This document shows, piece by piece, positions 32,170 to 44,368 of a stretch of DNA of 64,000 nt. The position numbers and the translations under genes were made by a program. Origin of the DNA: the human T2T-CHM13v2.0 reference genome, Homo sapiens; NCBI RefSeq assembly GCF_009914755.1, contig NC_060944.1; one strand, 5' to 3'. Each line of letters opens with the position of its first letter. Position 1 is the first letter of the stretch. The notes beneath the pieces were generated by a model that was not told where the DNA came from, made no database searches, and saw only the letters and a program-made list of their open reading frames with translations.

Positions 32170-33488
32170 AAGTTCCGCATCTTAATATAGGACCTGTGAG
32201 GCCCTGAACACTTCTGTGAAGCAGAAATGTGCTGAAGAACTTGTCACTCTCATTTTATTTATTGTCTCAGCATGATTGTTCAGAAGCATCAATTATAGCA
32301 GCCAAAAGCCCAAATATTTTGTCATTAGTCATTCTGTTTCTATTGGCCCTTGTGCAAGGCATGGTATAAATAAAGTAGAATCGTGAACCCAGTTTTTAAC
32401 TCCCTAACTCCTTTGAGAAGTTGGTAGAAGTAGGTAGATTAAGATGCTGATGACATTTTTGCCAGTTTGAAAATTTGCTATTGAAAATTTGAGTATTTGT
32501 CTGCAGTATCCTACATTCAAATATTTCAGACTTTACCTTAGAAAAAAATTTTTTAATTAATAATTTTCTGAGGTAGTTAAAATAGCTTTCATCCTGTTTT
32601 CTCTATTAATAATAAGGATCATGTGAAGTTTAGTTGTCATTAATTATGTAGCCAAGGTCAGGTGTCTGTCTTGAGTTTAGTAGTACGGAAAAAGACCACC
32701 GTTTCTGATTTATTTTGGTTTAGGAGGGACTGCTGTAAGCTATCATTGCATTTAGCTTTTGGACTGGTTCAGTTATTTACAAAAATCAAATTAGAAAAAT
32801 TTAATGCTCACGTTTCAAAGGTTACTATCCTTATGCTAGAATTGAGAGAATTGTTATTTTAAGTTGTGTTCTGTCCTTTGCAACTGTAAAATACCCAGTG
32901 TTCCATATTCTTTGTAACATTTACTTCCCTCTGTGAGTGAGTAGTAACATTTTTAAAGAAGCTTACACAGTGATTCTTAAGTATGCATGCAGGGCCTCAG
33001 ATGTATTGATTTAATCTCTGAAACATTATTTCACAAAAGCTGTGCCAGAGGAGACTCAGACAGGTTTGAGAACAAGTTAAAAACTGGTAGTCAAGCGAGA
33101 TAAAATGCAGTGAAGTATATTTTTAACAGCTATTTTTTGACATGGGGGTGGAGCTCTAAGAGCAACTGTTCTCTAGTGGTCACTGGTACATGGAGAAACT
33201 GAAGTTGTGGATAACATATCTTTTTAAGGTAATCACAAAGCTCTTGTTATGATAGCAGTCTATTTTTGCTCTCAAGATTTTCCTTCCCATTTGTGCAGCA
33301 AACTTGGTGCTATGTTCAGAGTATCCTTTAATGGTCTTTATTGTTAAAACTGTGTACTTGAATATCAGTAACTCTTAGAAAATTTTTTAAGTAAAAACAA
33401 TTTGATTTTGCTTTTTTAAAAATAAAGTTTAGGTTTCTTGACAAATGAGCAATTAAATCTAATAACCTAACATTTTAGAGAAATACTA

Positions 33489-33886
<398 letters not shown>

Positions 33887-34595
33887 TTACAGCCACTTTT
33901 GTTTTAATATTCACCATGATGTTGTTTTGTGATAACAAATCATCCAAAATTAATACAAGAACTCTCAACTATTATTATAGATAAACTATTATTTAGTATA
34001 ATTGGGTTTTTTTTTTTTGGGCAATCCTGTATATTTTATTTTATTTGAAACACTATTTCCAGAAAGGGCCCATAGGCTTTGCCAGGAGTCCGTGGCACAC
34101 ACAAAAAATGCTTTGACTTTGGACCTACTAATATTGGTAAAATAAAGTACTCTTACCACTACTGCTTCATTATAAAAATTTTGCCTGTAGGCAAAGAAGC
34201 CCCTATAGCAATGAGCTACGATTTTATTCTCTTTCATGAAATTTCAGAGCAATCTTAGTGATCATCACCTGAAGCTTAGTGTAAATACAAACTCTCAGAC
34301 TCTACCCCAGATATTCTGAATCAGAATCTTTAAAATCTGCAGGTGATTCCTGTGCACATTAGAGTTAGATAATAACTGATCTAGTCCACTCCCCTAAGTA
34401 CAGTTAAAGGAACAAATTTAATTCAGAGATAATGACTTGCCTAAGGTGACATAGCTAGTTAGTAGAGGAATGGGGATGGATTGTTACTCTCATGATTTTA
34501 GTGCTTTAAGATATCTCCTTTTGGTCTCTGAGATGTTAATAAATTGCAGTTACTTTAATCATTGTCTTCTTTCCATCTGCTAATCTTTACCCCAG

Positions 34596-34727
34596 ATTTT
34601 CAGTTCACCCACTAGAGGCAAAGACGTAAGAGAGCTACCAGCGTATTGAGAGGAGATACACAGGCACTACGAGAATGGAGTTTAGAAGAAGGTCAGAGCC
34701 CTGGGCAGTGTTGGGCCAGGCTTTAGG
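34596..34727 (+). other. DSTN: Alternative (cassette) exon in DSTN intron 1, containing an in-frame stop
   Basis: Pyrimidine tract plus branch-like CTAAT (34580-34584) and CCCCAG acceptor; donor AGG|GTTAGT; 132 nt; consistent with a recalled short DSTN isoform starting at Met18. Confidence 0.7.
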
Positions 34728-34809
34728 GTTAGTATTCCGTGCTTTCTGTCTGCCTCATGGTTTTAGTTTTACTGTGTAAAAATCATTATCAAGAACCTAG
34801 GGACTACAG

Positions 34810-35112
34810 CCAGGCATGGTGGCTCATGCCTGTAATCCCAGCATTTTGGGAGGCCAAGGCAGGCAGATGACTTGAGCCCAGGAGTTCGAGACCAGTCTGG
34901 GCAACATGGCAAAACCCCATCTTTATAAAAAAATACAAAAATTAGCTGGGTGTGGTGGCATGCACCTCTAGTCCCAGCTACTCAGGAGGCTGAGGTGGGA
35001 GGATCGCTTGAGCCCAGGAGGTCAGGGCTCCTGCAGTGAGCCATGATCACATCACTGCACTCCAGCCTGGATGACACAGAGAGACCTTGTCTCAAAAAAA
35101 AAAAAAAAAAAA
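34810..35112 (+). mobile_element. Alu (AluJ/S-type)
   Basis: Full Alu with A tail. Confidence 0.9.
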
Positions 35113-35289
35113 TCTCGGAACCGGTTATTTAATCTTTATTTCTTTTATCTCGGTTTTAATATTCACCATATCTCAAGGATGTGGTAAGTAAACCATGGTA
35201 TAATAAATTTAAGTATATTCATTAAATCTAACATATACTATACCTTGTGGGTTTTTTATTATTTTTGCAGGCAAAATTTAGTATATAGT

Positions 35290-35346
35290 GTTACTAGTCA
35301 TGAAGAGCCATACTACTAGTTACTAGTCATGAAGAGCCATACTACT
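35290..35346 (+). repeat. Perfect 29-bp-period tandem duplication
   Basis: GTTACTAGTCATGAAGAGCCATACTACT(A) x2. Confidence 0.95.
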
Positions 35347-36459
35347 CTAATATCAAAGCCACCACAGTGGGGAAATTAAGGAAAGTGAGCATTTGGCATT
35401 ATTAATTAGCCTCCTGATCACCATACAGACTCCTTCCTTTCCACCTCCCCTCTCCCAGTCCAGTGATTGTCAACTACAATTGATTGCACCTATGCAGTTC
35501 CCATCACTTCCTCCTTAGTAATGCTGCCACTACCCTAGTGAAGGCCTTTTGCACCTCTTGCCTTGGTTGCTGAATTAGCCTTTTAGCTGGAGTGCCTACT
35601 ATAATTCTCTTCCTCTTCTTGTTCTCTTACGCATGGCTTCATGTATTTTCCCAAAGCACAACTCTGTTCCTCTTACTCTTTTTAAAAATATCCAGTCTCC
35701 AAACCCCTGAACCTTCTGTTGGAGGCCTTTTCCATCTCAACCTGGTGCGAGTCTCCAGTTTCCTTCTCCCTTATCCTCATCTCCTGTTGTATTTGCTGGG
35801 TTCTCTTTGTCAGGAGCAGTCTTTTCATCCTTTCAGTCCCCTTGTTTTAGAGTGCTTTTAAGTCAGCATGAAACTACCTGATGAACTGTCTTTCTGTTTA
35901 AGCTACTTTCTTTAAATTCCCTTCCACTGGAGTTTATCAAGGAATAATGTATATTCTACCAAGTATTGAAGCTTTGTATGTGCTGTCCTTATCTTCTCCA
36001 TAAGTCAAACTAATGATTCATCTGACTGATCTTTGATTTTTTTTTCAGGGTAACACAATAATGAATAAGACAGACACCGTTTATCTTAAGGAACTTACAG
36101 TCTTTAAGAACTTGTGGCCTTAAGGAGATGATATTAAGTAATTTTAAAGATAGAGCATTGAAGTGGTAGGAGGTGGTGTGTGGTGGAGATACATGATCTT
36201 ATGGGAGCATGTGATACTGGTTTTGATGCAGAAGACTTTTCTGCGTAGTGAGAATTGATCTGACATCTAAAGAGTATTAGCCAAAGAACTGTAGGGAAGT
36301 GCTATCTAGGCAGGGTGTATAGTATGAGCAAAGGCCCTGAAGTGGGCCAGAGTATGGCAAGTACAAATGACTGAAAGAAAGCCAGGGTAGTGAAATTGCA
36401 GTGTGTGGTCTATAAGATAAGGCTAAAGAGGTAGGTATAGCCAAATGGAGCCCATTATT

Positions 36460-36779
36460 GGGCTGGGGGTGGTGGCTCATACCTGTAGTCTCAGCACTTT
36501 GGGAGGCCAAGGCAGGACAATAGCTTGAGGCCAGAAGTTTGAGACCAGCTTGGACAACATAGTGGGACCTTGTCTCTACAAAAAAAATTTTAAAAATTAG
36601 CTGGGCATGGTGGCACGTGCTTATAGTCCCAGTACTCAGGAAGCTGAGGTGGGAGGATCACTTGAGCCCAGGAGTGCGAGGCTGCAGTTTGCTATGATCA
36701 TGCCACTGCAGTCCAGCCTGGGTGACGAAGTGACACCGTATCTCAAAAATAAATAAATAAATAAATAAATAAATAAATA
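36460..36779 (+). mobile_element. Alu (AluJ-type) with (TAAA)n tail
   Basis: Dimeric Alu. Confidence 0.9.
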
Positions 36780-38187
36780 GCTATTTTTTACCTTCAGATC
36801 AATGGAAAGCCACTGGACTGTTCTAAGTATGGTGATCAGATTCATGTTTATGTAGAGGATGAATTGGAGGGTAAAGGTGATGGGCAGTTGGTATGGGCAG
36901 TCTTGTTGTATTAGAACTGCAATAACAAATTAAATTCAAAATCTCAGTGACTTAACACAGTAAAGATTTGTCTCTGTCACGCAGAGTCCAGAAGGGTTGG
37001 GCAGCCTTCTCCTATCATGAAGTATGCTTACCAAGGTCATCTTGGTGGGAGAAAACAGAGCTTTAAGATCACTTTTATTTAACTTTTATTTAATTTTTGA
37101 TGTTTTAAAAATCATTTTATTGTGGTAGGATTCACATCTAAAAAGCTGTATTTAGTGTATTTAAAGATCACTTTTAAAGGGCCAGGACTGGAAGTAGTTT
37201 ACATAACTGGGCCCAGCTTGGCTGTTCAGAACTCAAATGGCTGTTCAGAACTCAGTCATACAGCCAACTCAGCTTGCCAGGAAGGCTGGGGAATGCAGTC
37301 TTTCCTGTTCAGCCAAGAAGAGAAAACAGTATGATGTATACATATCCTAATCTCCCTCCTCTGCAGCCACTTGAGGAGTTACTGCAGTCCAAGTAAGAGG
37401 CAATGGAAGCTTGGACTGAGGGTGAAATGAGATGAATGTATCAGAGAAAGATGAAAATCCAAAGAGTAAGATAATGGAGGAGTTGCTAAGAACATCTCTT
37501 AGGGTTGGAGCCTTATGTGACTAGGAGGGTGGTGATAGCTACTGAGAAAGGAAGACTGGTTAGAAATGGACCAGCTTGTTTTTTATTTTAGACATGTTGT
37601 GCATCACATGCCTTTGAGACACACAACTGGAGATGTGAGATAGGAAGTTGAATGTAAAGACTAGAAGCTCAGAAGAGCAGAAGTCTGAACTAAGTTTTGG
37701 CTTAGATGATTGAAAGCTTGAGCTTGGGTAAACTCTCTGAGGAAGAATGCAGAGTTCGTCCTTTCCTTCCACACTGCCATCAGCCTCTGCTTTCCACTGC
37801 ATTGTCCTACCACCCTCACCCCTTGACCTCAGCTGACCTTTTGGAGGTCCCCAGAGCCCTTTTTCTTGTCCTTAGGTAGTTCCTTTTGGAACTCCCCGTC
37901 ATAGCTGTTCTGAATTGTTAGTAGTAGTAGATTGGAGGAGTGCCCTCAAACCCATCCTACTCCTCCTGCCTTATACTTCACAGAGAAAATAGAATCTTTC
38001 AGACACAATTTTTGGCAGTGTATCTTCCTTCCACCTCAAAACTGTCATTTTCCCTTCCTCCCTGTTTCAGAGAAAAAAATGTGTATCTTTTTCTTAGGCT
38101 AACTCTCCCATCTGTGCTGTGGATCTTACCCATTTCTTTAGATCTCTGATATTGTTAATTTTATGAGTGATTAAGATTATCTCCTCT

Positions 38188-38294
38188 GGAATTGCTTGAA
38201 CCCAGGAGGCAGAGGTTGCAGTGAGCCGAGATGGTGCCATTGCACTCCAGCCTGGATGACAAGAGCGAACGTCCATCTGGAAAAAAAAAAAAAA
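38188..38294 (+). mobile_element. 5'-truncated Alu
   Basis: Alu 3' part plus A tail; TSD ATCTCCTCTGGA. Confidence 0.85.
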
Positions 38295-40109
38295 TCTCCT
38301 CTGGAGCCAAATTGCCAGAGTTCAAATCCCAATTCCTCTATTGTTTACTCTGTGACCCTGGGCAAATTATTTAATTTTGCTATGCATCTTTAAGATGCAA
38401 ATAGTGATAGTAGCTGTCTCATAGAATTGTTGTGATTTAGAAGTGTCTAGCAATAGTAAGTACTCAGTGTATGTTTTAATTTTTTTTTAATGTTTTGGCT
38501 CTTCCTCTTTATTCCTTCAAGTTCTTAAATATCTAGAACAGTTACATCTCCCCAATCATAAGACAACTTGCATGAAGTAGCATTCAATCTTCCCTTTTTT
38601 CTTCATTGTTAACCATCTTATGTTTTCTGTCTTTACCTCTTCAATTCCCCATGGGTCCCCAGTCCATTATGGTTGACTTCTGTCCCATTTCTCCCATCTG
38701 TTGAAATGTTCAGAGGCCCAATTGCCAAGCCCAGCGATCTGTTTTCATTCTCTGAAATACTGCAGAATTGGCTGTTGATGACTTTCCTCCTCAAAATATT
38801 CTCCCTTGCTTCTAAGATGCTGCTTTCTTCCTTCTTTTTCTTCTTAGTTTTCTGATTACCTCTTTTTAGTGTCCTTGATGGGTTTCTCTTTTTAATTTTT
38901 ACGTACTCAGTGGTGAGAAACTAGATTGGTTTTTCTTTTGCTGCTTAATGTTGGTGACCCCATGGTGTGGGCTAGTCCAAAATATGGATTAGGTGAAGCC
39001 TTCCAACGAGATCCGTGCTCATATTTCTGCCACTGTCTGGTCATCTCCACCTAGATGTCTTGCACAGTCTTCAGAGTGGATGTGTCGTACTGTGCCATAT
39101 TTCCTTTTCTGTTCATATATTGCAGTCTAGTCACTAATCGAGAGAATCCTGGGGCTTCTCTGATACCACTCTTTTGTGTCTCATTCAGCTATATTGGTTT
39201 GACTTTGACATGTCCTTGAATTTTTCTGTTTTTAACCTCACTGCTGTAGTTCAGAGCTTTCTTCTCTGAATATTTGTAATTGTGTCAAAATTGGTTTTCT
39301 GCTTCCAGTTTCTGTGCCAGTTTCTCCTTCAAGTATTCAGTGTTAATTTCCTCAAGCACAAGTGTCTAATGGTATAAGAAACCTCCACAGACATCACTTC
39401 TGATAGAAAAAAAGACAAAATTCTTCCTTACTGAGGCTTTTAAGGAGCTTGTAAGTTACAGCCAGATTTGGCTGAGATTTATCTGTTTTATAATTGCAGA
39501 ATGCACATTTACTTTGTTTTTGATTACTAGTACATCATTGATTTAATTTACAAATCAGAATTTAGAATGTTTGAGATGCTTAGATATTGATTGATGTATT
39601 TAAAGATTGGTTGATTGAATATAAGGCTTTAGATGTTGCCTTCCTGCTTTTAGAAATTGCTTGTTGGGTCAAATGTGACTTCAACATTATGGACTAGGGA
39701 GTTAGAGGGATTGGGATCTGTTTCTAGTTCTTCAATTTTTGTTGCTTTGAACATTTTATTCATCTGTTGCAAAATGGAGATTCTTAACTTGCTTAACATA
39801 AGATACGTTGTAAAGATCAGAAATATGCTACTCCTAAAGCAGTAAAAGGTTTAAGAAAAGTGCTTTTTAAAATTAGGAATGTGGTAATATTGTGTACTTA
39901 TGAGTTTTCTAGTCCTAATTTTCTGTTTCTGCCACTTTATTAGAGTGAATGTTCATTTATGAACAGAAAATGTGGAGTAGATGGCATTGGAGTGTGTTAT
40001 TTAGAGATCTTTAATGAATGAGATGATGAAATAGCCCAGTTACCTTAATATTAAGTAAATGCTAGGATCTTAGTGTATCTTTCTCCCAGGATTCTTGCAT
40101 GTGTTTTAA

Positions 40110-41330
40110 AGTGACAACTTTATTTTTATTTGTTTGTATAAATGTATGGGGGTACAAGTGTAATTTTGCTACATGCATGGATGGTAGCAGTGAAGCCAGA
40201 TCTTTTAGGGTATCCATCACCCGAATAACATACATTCTACCCATTAATTAATTCCTCATCCTCCCCTGGCTCTCCATTGTCTTTTATTTCACACTGTGTC
40301 CAGGTGTACACATTATTTAGTTCCTAAGTGCGAACACATGGTATTTGTTGTAATAACTTTATTGAGGTATAATTCACATACCACAAAGTACAGTTCAATT
40401 CAGTGGTTTTTCAGTATATTCACAGTTGTGTATGCATCACTCCTGTCAACTTCCAGAACATTTTCATTACTTCAGAAAGGAACCCATACTCATTAGCAGT
40501 CACTCCCCATTCCCCTTTTTTCTCAACCTCTGGAAACCACTAATCTACCTTCTGTCTGTTGATTTTACCCAATTTGAACATTGCATATAAATAGAATCAT
40601 GCAATAGGTGCCCTTTTCTGTCTGGCTTCTTTCACTTAGCACAGTGTTTGTCAAGGTTCATCCTTGTTGTAGCATGTATCAGTACCTCATTTTTTTAATG
40701 GCCAAGAAATATTCCATTGTGTGGATATACTACATCTTAAAAATCTATTCATCACTAAATGGACTTTAGGATTGTTTTCACTTTTGGTCTATTTTGAATA
40801 ATGTTACTATGAACATTTGTGTACAGGTGTTGGTATGGACACATTTTCATTTCTCTTGAGTATATATACCTAAGAGTGGAATTCCTAGGTCAGGTGTTAA
40901 CTTTATGTTTAACTTTTTGAGGAACTGCCAAACTGTTTGCCAAAGCAGCTGTACCCTTTTACAGTTCTACAGTAGCATATCAGGGTTCCAAGTTCTCCAT
41001 GGCCCCACAAACATTTGTTATTGTCCATCTTTTTTATTTTAGCCCTCCTAGTGGGTGACTCATTATGGTTTTGAAGTGAAGAGGTATCTCATTATGGTTT
41101 TGATTTGCTTTTCCCTAATCACTATTGATGTTGAGCATTTTTTCCACGTCCTTATTAACCATTTATACATCTTTGGAGAACTGTCTATTTAAATCCTTTA
41201 AAACTGTTTTTTAATTGAAGTATTTGCCTTTTTTTATAATTGAGTTGTAAGGGTTCTTTATTCTGACAAGTTCCTTGTAGGATTTTTGGATGTTTTCTCT
41301 CATTCTGTTGGTTATCTTCATCTTATATGC
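40110..41330 (-). mobile_element. L1MA/L1MB 3' fragments
   Basis: GGGGTACAAGTGTAATTTTGCTACATG; GGAAACCACTAATCTAC; TTTAACTTTTTGAGGAACTGCCAAACTG. Confidence 0.85.
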
Positions 41331-41434
41331 ATTTTTATTTCTTAAATGATTTGACATTTGGGTATCATTAATATTTTTCCATTGTTTAGTATTTAAATTC
41401 TATTGCTTATGATTCATTTTTCCCTTTTTATTAA

Positions 41435-41557
41435 AAAAATTTTAGAGGCACGGTCTCCCTATGTTGCCCACACTGGTCTCAAACGCCTGAACTCAAGTGA
41501 TCTTCCTGCCCTCTCCCTCTAAAGTGCTGAGACTACAGGCATAGCTACTACCCAGCC
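41435..41557 (-). mobile_element. FLAM-like Alu monomer
   Basis: Reverse left-monomer sequence. Confidence 0.75.
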
Positions 41558-41599
41558 TAAAGATACCATTCTTGACTCAAAGCATGGTTTTACATAAAT

Positions 41600-41810
41600 T
41601 GACCATATGACCCAACAATTCCACTCCTAGTTTTCTACCCAAGAGAATTAAAAACATGCCCACACAAAACCTTGTACACGAGTGTTTATAGCAGTGTTAA
41701 TAGTCAAAAAGTGGAAACAACCCAAATGTCTATCAACTGATGAATAGATAAGGAAAATGTGGGATATCCAAACAATGGAACATTATTCAACAGTAAAAAG
41801 AATGAAGTAA
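41600..41810 (+). mobile_element. L1M 3' fragment
   Basis: CCATATGACCCAACAATTCCACTCCTAG...GGAAACAACCCAAATGTCTATCAACTGATGAATAGATAA. Confidence 0.8.
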
Positions 41811-41811
41811 C

Positions 41812-41967
41812 CAGCCGCTTTGTCATGCACCTGCAGCCCTGGCTATCTGGGAGGCCAAGGCAGGAGGACTGCCCAATTTTAGGAGTTCAAGGCTGTAGTG
41901 TGCTATGATCATTCCTGTTAATAGCCACTAGGCTGCAGCCTGGGCAACATAACGAGACCCCATCTCT
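41812..41967 (+). mobile_element. FAM (fossil Alu monomer), tail missing
   Basis: Diagnostic GGCTGTAGTGTGCTATGATC...TGTTAATAGCCACT segment, ending GAGACCCCATCTCT. Confidence 0.8.
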
Positions 41968-42470
41968 CATGCACCCCATCCTGCATCATGGCTGAACATT
42001 CCAGATACTTCACAGCTCCCACCTGCTTAGCCAGGGAAGGGCCTTGCTGAGGAGTCATTGGCACTTGGCTCTGCTCCTTCAGCTTCTTCACTGTCTCATG
42101 GTCACTCCACAGGTCCCTTTTGGTGCCTACCAGCATAACAGATACATTGAGGCAATGATGGGAGACCTCTGGGTACCACTTATGCCTCACATTGGCCTAA
42201 GAGGATGAGTTGCCAATGGAAAAACAAATGACAGAGATATTGGTCTTGGGGATAGGAGAACAGTCGCAGTTGGTCATATTCCTCCTCTTGGCCAGTGGTG
42301 TCCCACAGGTTCAGGCTGATGATTTGGCCATCCACAGATGTCTGGGTGCTGTAGTTGTCAAAGACATTGGGCATATACTCCTTAGGAAAGGCATTTGTTG
42401 TATAACTGATGGGGAGGCAGGCTTTGTCTACAGCCACATCTCCTGCAATCACACATTTGATTGTCTACAT
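41966..42470 (-). pseudogene. RhoG-family small GTPase pseudogene, 3'-truncated, antisense in DSTN intron 1
   Basis: Minus strand [39 protein letters not shown]...[17 protein letters not shown], then after a +1 frameshift [30 protein letters not shown]...[15 protein letters not shown]; stops at codon 2 and at 42197-42199; P-loop degenerate; CAAX end absent. Confidence 0.95.
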
Positions 42471-43400
42471 TCTTCCCTTAGTCTGATCATCCTCCAGTGC
42501 TGTTCAACCATGACTGGCAGAGCCTCCTGGGCATCTCTTGTTGGGCTTTATAATTCTTGCTTTAGAAAAGCTAACATGCAAAACAAAGTAGTTAATGAGG
42601 CATTAACAATTATGGATATAATAAAGTTAATGTAAATAGCACATTCCTCAAGATGAAAAAATTAAAAACTGGTTTAAGATCTTGTGCTATCAAGATTTTG
42701 TTTAACTGTCCTTCAGCCCAGAATAGCAAGTATAACATAGCGAAAGGTAATTTTTCTGGTCAGTATAATCCCTAATTAAGCTACCCTCTTTATTATAGCA
42801 GTAGACATTTTCTTATTTATTCTAATCTTAGTTTAAAATTTGGAATTTTTAAGTGAAATTTTAATGGCAAGTGTGACTAATACTGAATATTGATCACATA
42901 ATTTTGAAATGTGAGTAGAGCAAAGACCTCTTAATAAATCTTTTTTTTTATTAGAGAAAGAGATGCTGTAGGGATGGAAATTTCCCAGTCTAGCAGCTAT
43001 GACCAGCTACTGTGTATTACAAAAGGAATTTTAGGTATCATGAATATACACACTGGGAAGATGATCTGCCTGTAGTCAAGGCTCTAAGCAACCTGTATAA
43101 GAAGAAAATAACCCAGCACCTTAGGAAACACTTCTTTTAAAGTTCTAGGGTAGGAGAGGCTGCTATAGTTGAATGTTTCCTTACCCCTGTGCAGTAGTGA
43201 GGAATGGCATATATTTGTGATCTTTTAAAAAGTTTGATGTCTAAAATTAGTAGTGATTACAGCTCAAATTTCTAGTTTTTTAATTAGATGATATACCTTT
43301 AAAATGTTAAATATATGCCAATCTATAAGCAGAATTTATTATTTTATGTTTGGCACAATAAAAATTGTAAGTCTTTTTCTCATGTATTTTCTCATCATAG

Positions 43401-43708
43401 GCCTCAGGAGTGCAAGTAGCTGATGAAGTATGTCGCATTTTTTATGACATGAAAGTTCGTAAATGCTCCACACCAGAAGAAATCAAGAAAAGAAAGAAGG
43501 CTGTCATTTTTTGTCTCAGTGCAGACAAAAAGTGCATCATTGTAGAAGAAGGCAAAGAGATCTTGGTTGGAGATGTTGGTGTAACCATAACTGATCCTTT
43601 CAAGCATTTTGTGGGAATGCTTCCTGAAAAAGATTGTCGCTATGCTTTGTATGATGCAAGCTTTGAAACAAAAGAATCCAGAAAAGAAGAGTTGATGTTT
43701 TTTTTGTG
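43401..43708 (+). CDS. DSTN: Destrin exon 2 ([10 protein letters not shown]...EELMFFLW)
   Basis: CATAG|GCC acceptor, TG|GTAAGC donor, 308 nt; ADF-H domain with KKRKK motif. Confidence 0.99.
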
Positions 43709-44169
43709 GTAAGCATGTTAGAAATATTGAGCCTCTGTAAAACTCATTTTGTTAGCACTCGGGAAGACCAGTTCCAGCACCAAAGTAATTTTTATTCAAA
43801 CTATTTGCAGTTGTTGTCATTTAATTTTTATTTACAGGTTTCATAATGTTACCAGGGCTGATGTTTATGGGACCCAAACTAAATTTTGACTATTTTCTAT
43901 CTACTTGTTATGTGACTCTCCGTTTTTTTTTTTTTTTTTCAATGGGGAAAGGACAGGAGGCATCCTCTGAATGTACTGCTTTTATAGGCTAAAATTTCCT
44001 ACTACTTTTAACTTTCTTACTTATAAGCCAAAACCCTACTTTTCCAACGAGCCATGCCAGGAACCAGCCTTCTATCTACTCTTTTAAATTACACCCCTTC
44101 CTTGTGCCTCTGTGGTCTACTACTTTTGAAGAAATTGGTACCATTCCCTCCCTGCTATAATTTGCTCTA

Positions 44170-44368
44170 CAGTTGCACTGTTTAGTAGTGTAGTCACTAG
44201 CCACATGTGGCTATTTAAATTATTTAAAATTAAAAATTCAGTTTGTTAGCTGAATGAATTACCACATTTCAAATGCTCAGTAGCCACATCTGACTAGTGG
44301 CCACCTTATTGAGTAGCACAGATACAGAACATTTCCATCATTGCAGAAAACTCTGTTGGGCAGTGTTA
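44170..44368. mobile_element. MER3 hAT DNA transposon
   Basis: CACTAGCCACATGTGGCTATTTAAATT...CAGAACATTTCCATCATTGCAGAAA. Confidence 0.8.

Noticed and set aside
37219-37254. 17-bp direct repeat TGGCTGTTCAGAACTCA
   Set aside because: Two copies only, inside an old MaLR-like element; ordinary slippage duplication, not an array.
41918-42452. Rho-like ORFs as a functional GTPase
   Set aside because: Stop at codon 2, broken P-loop (GDVAVDKA), frameshift, internal stop and no CAAX.
42210-42635. 141-aa plus-strand ORF
   Set aside because: Antisense shadow of the Rho pseudogene with a non-ATG start.
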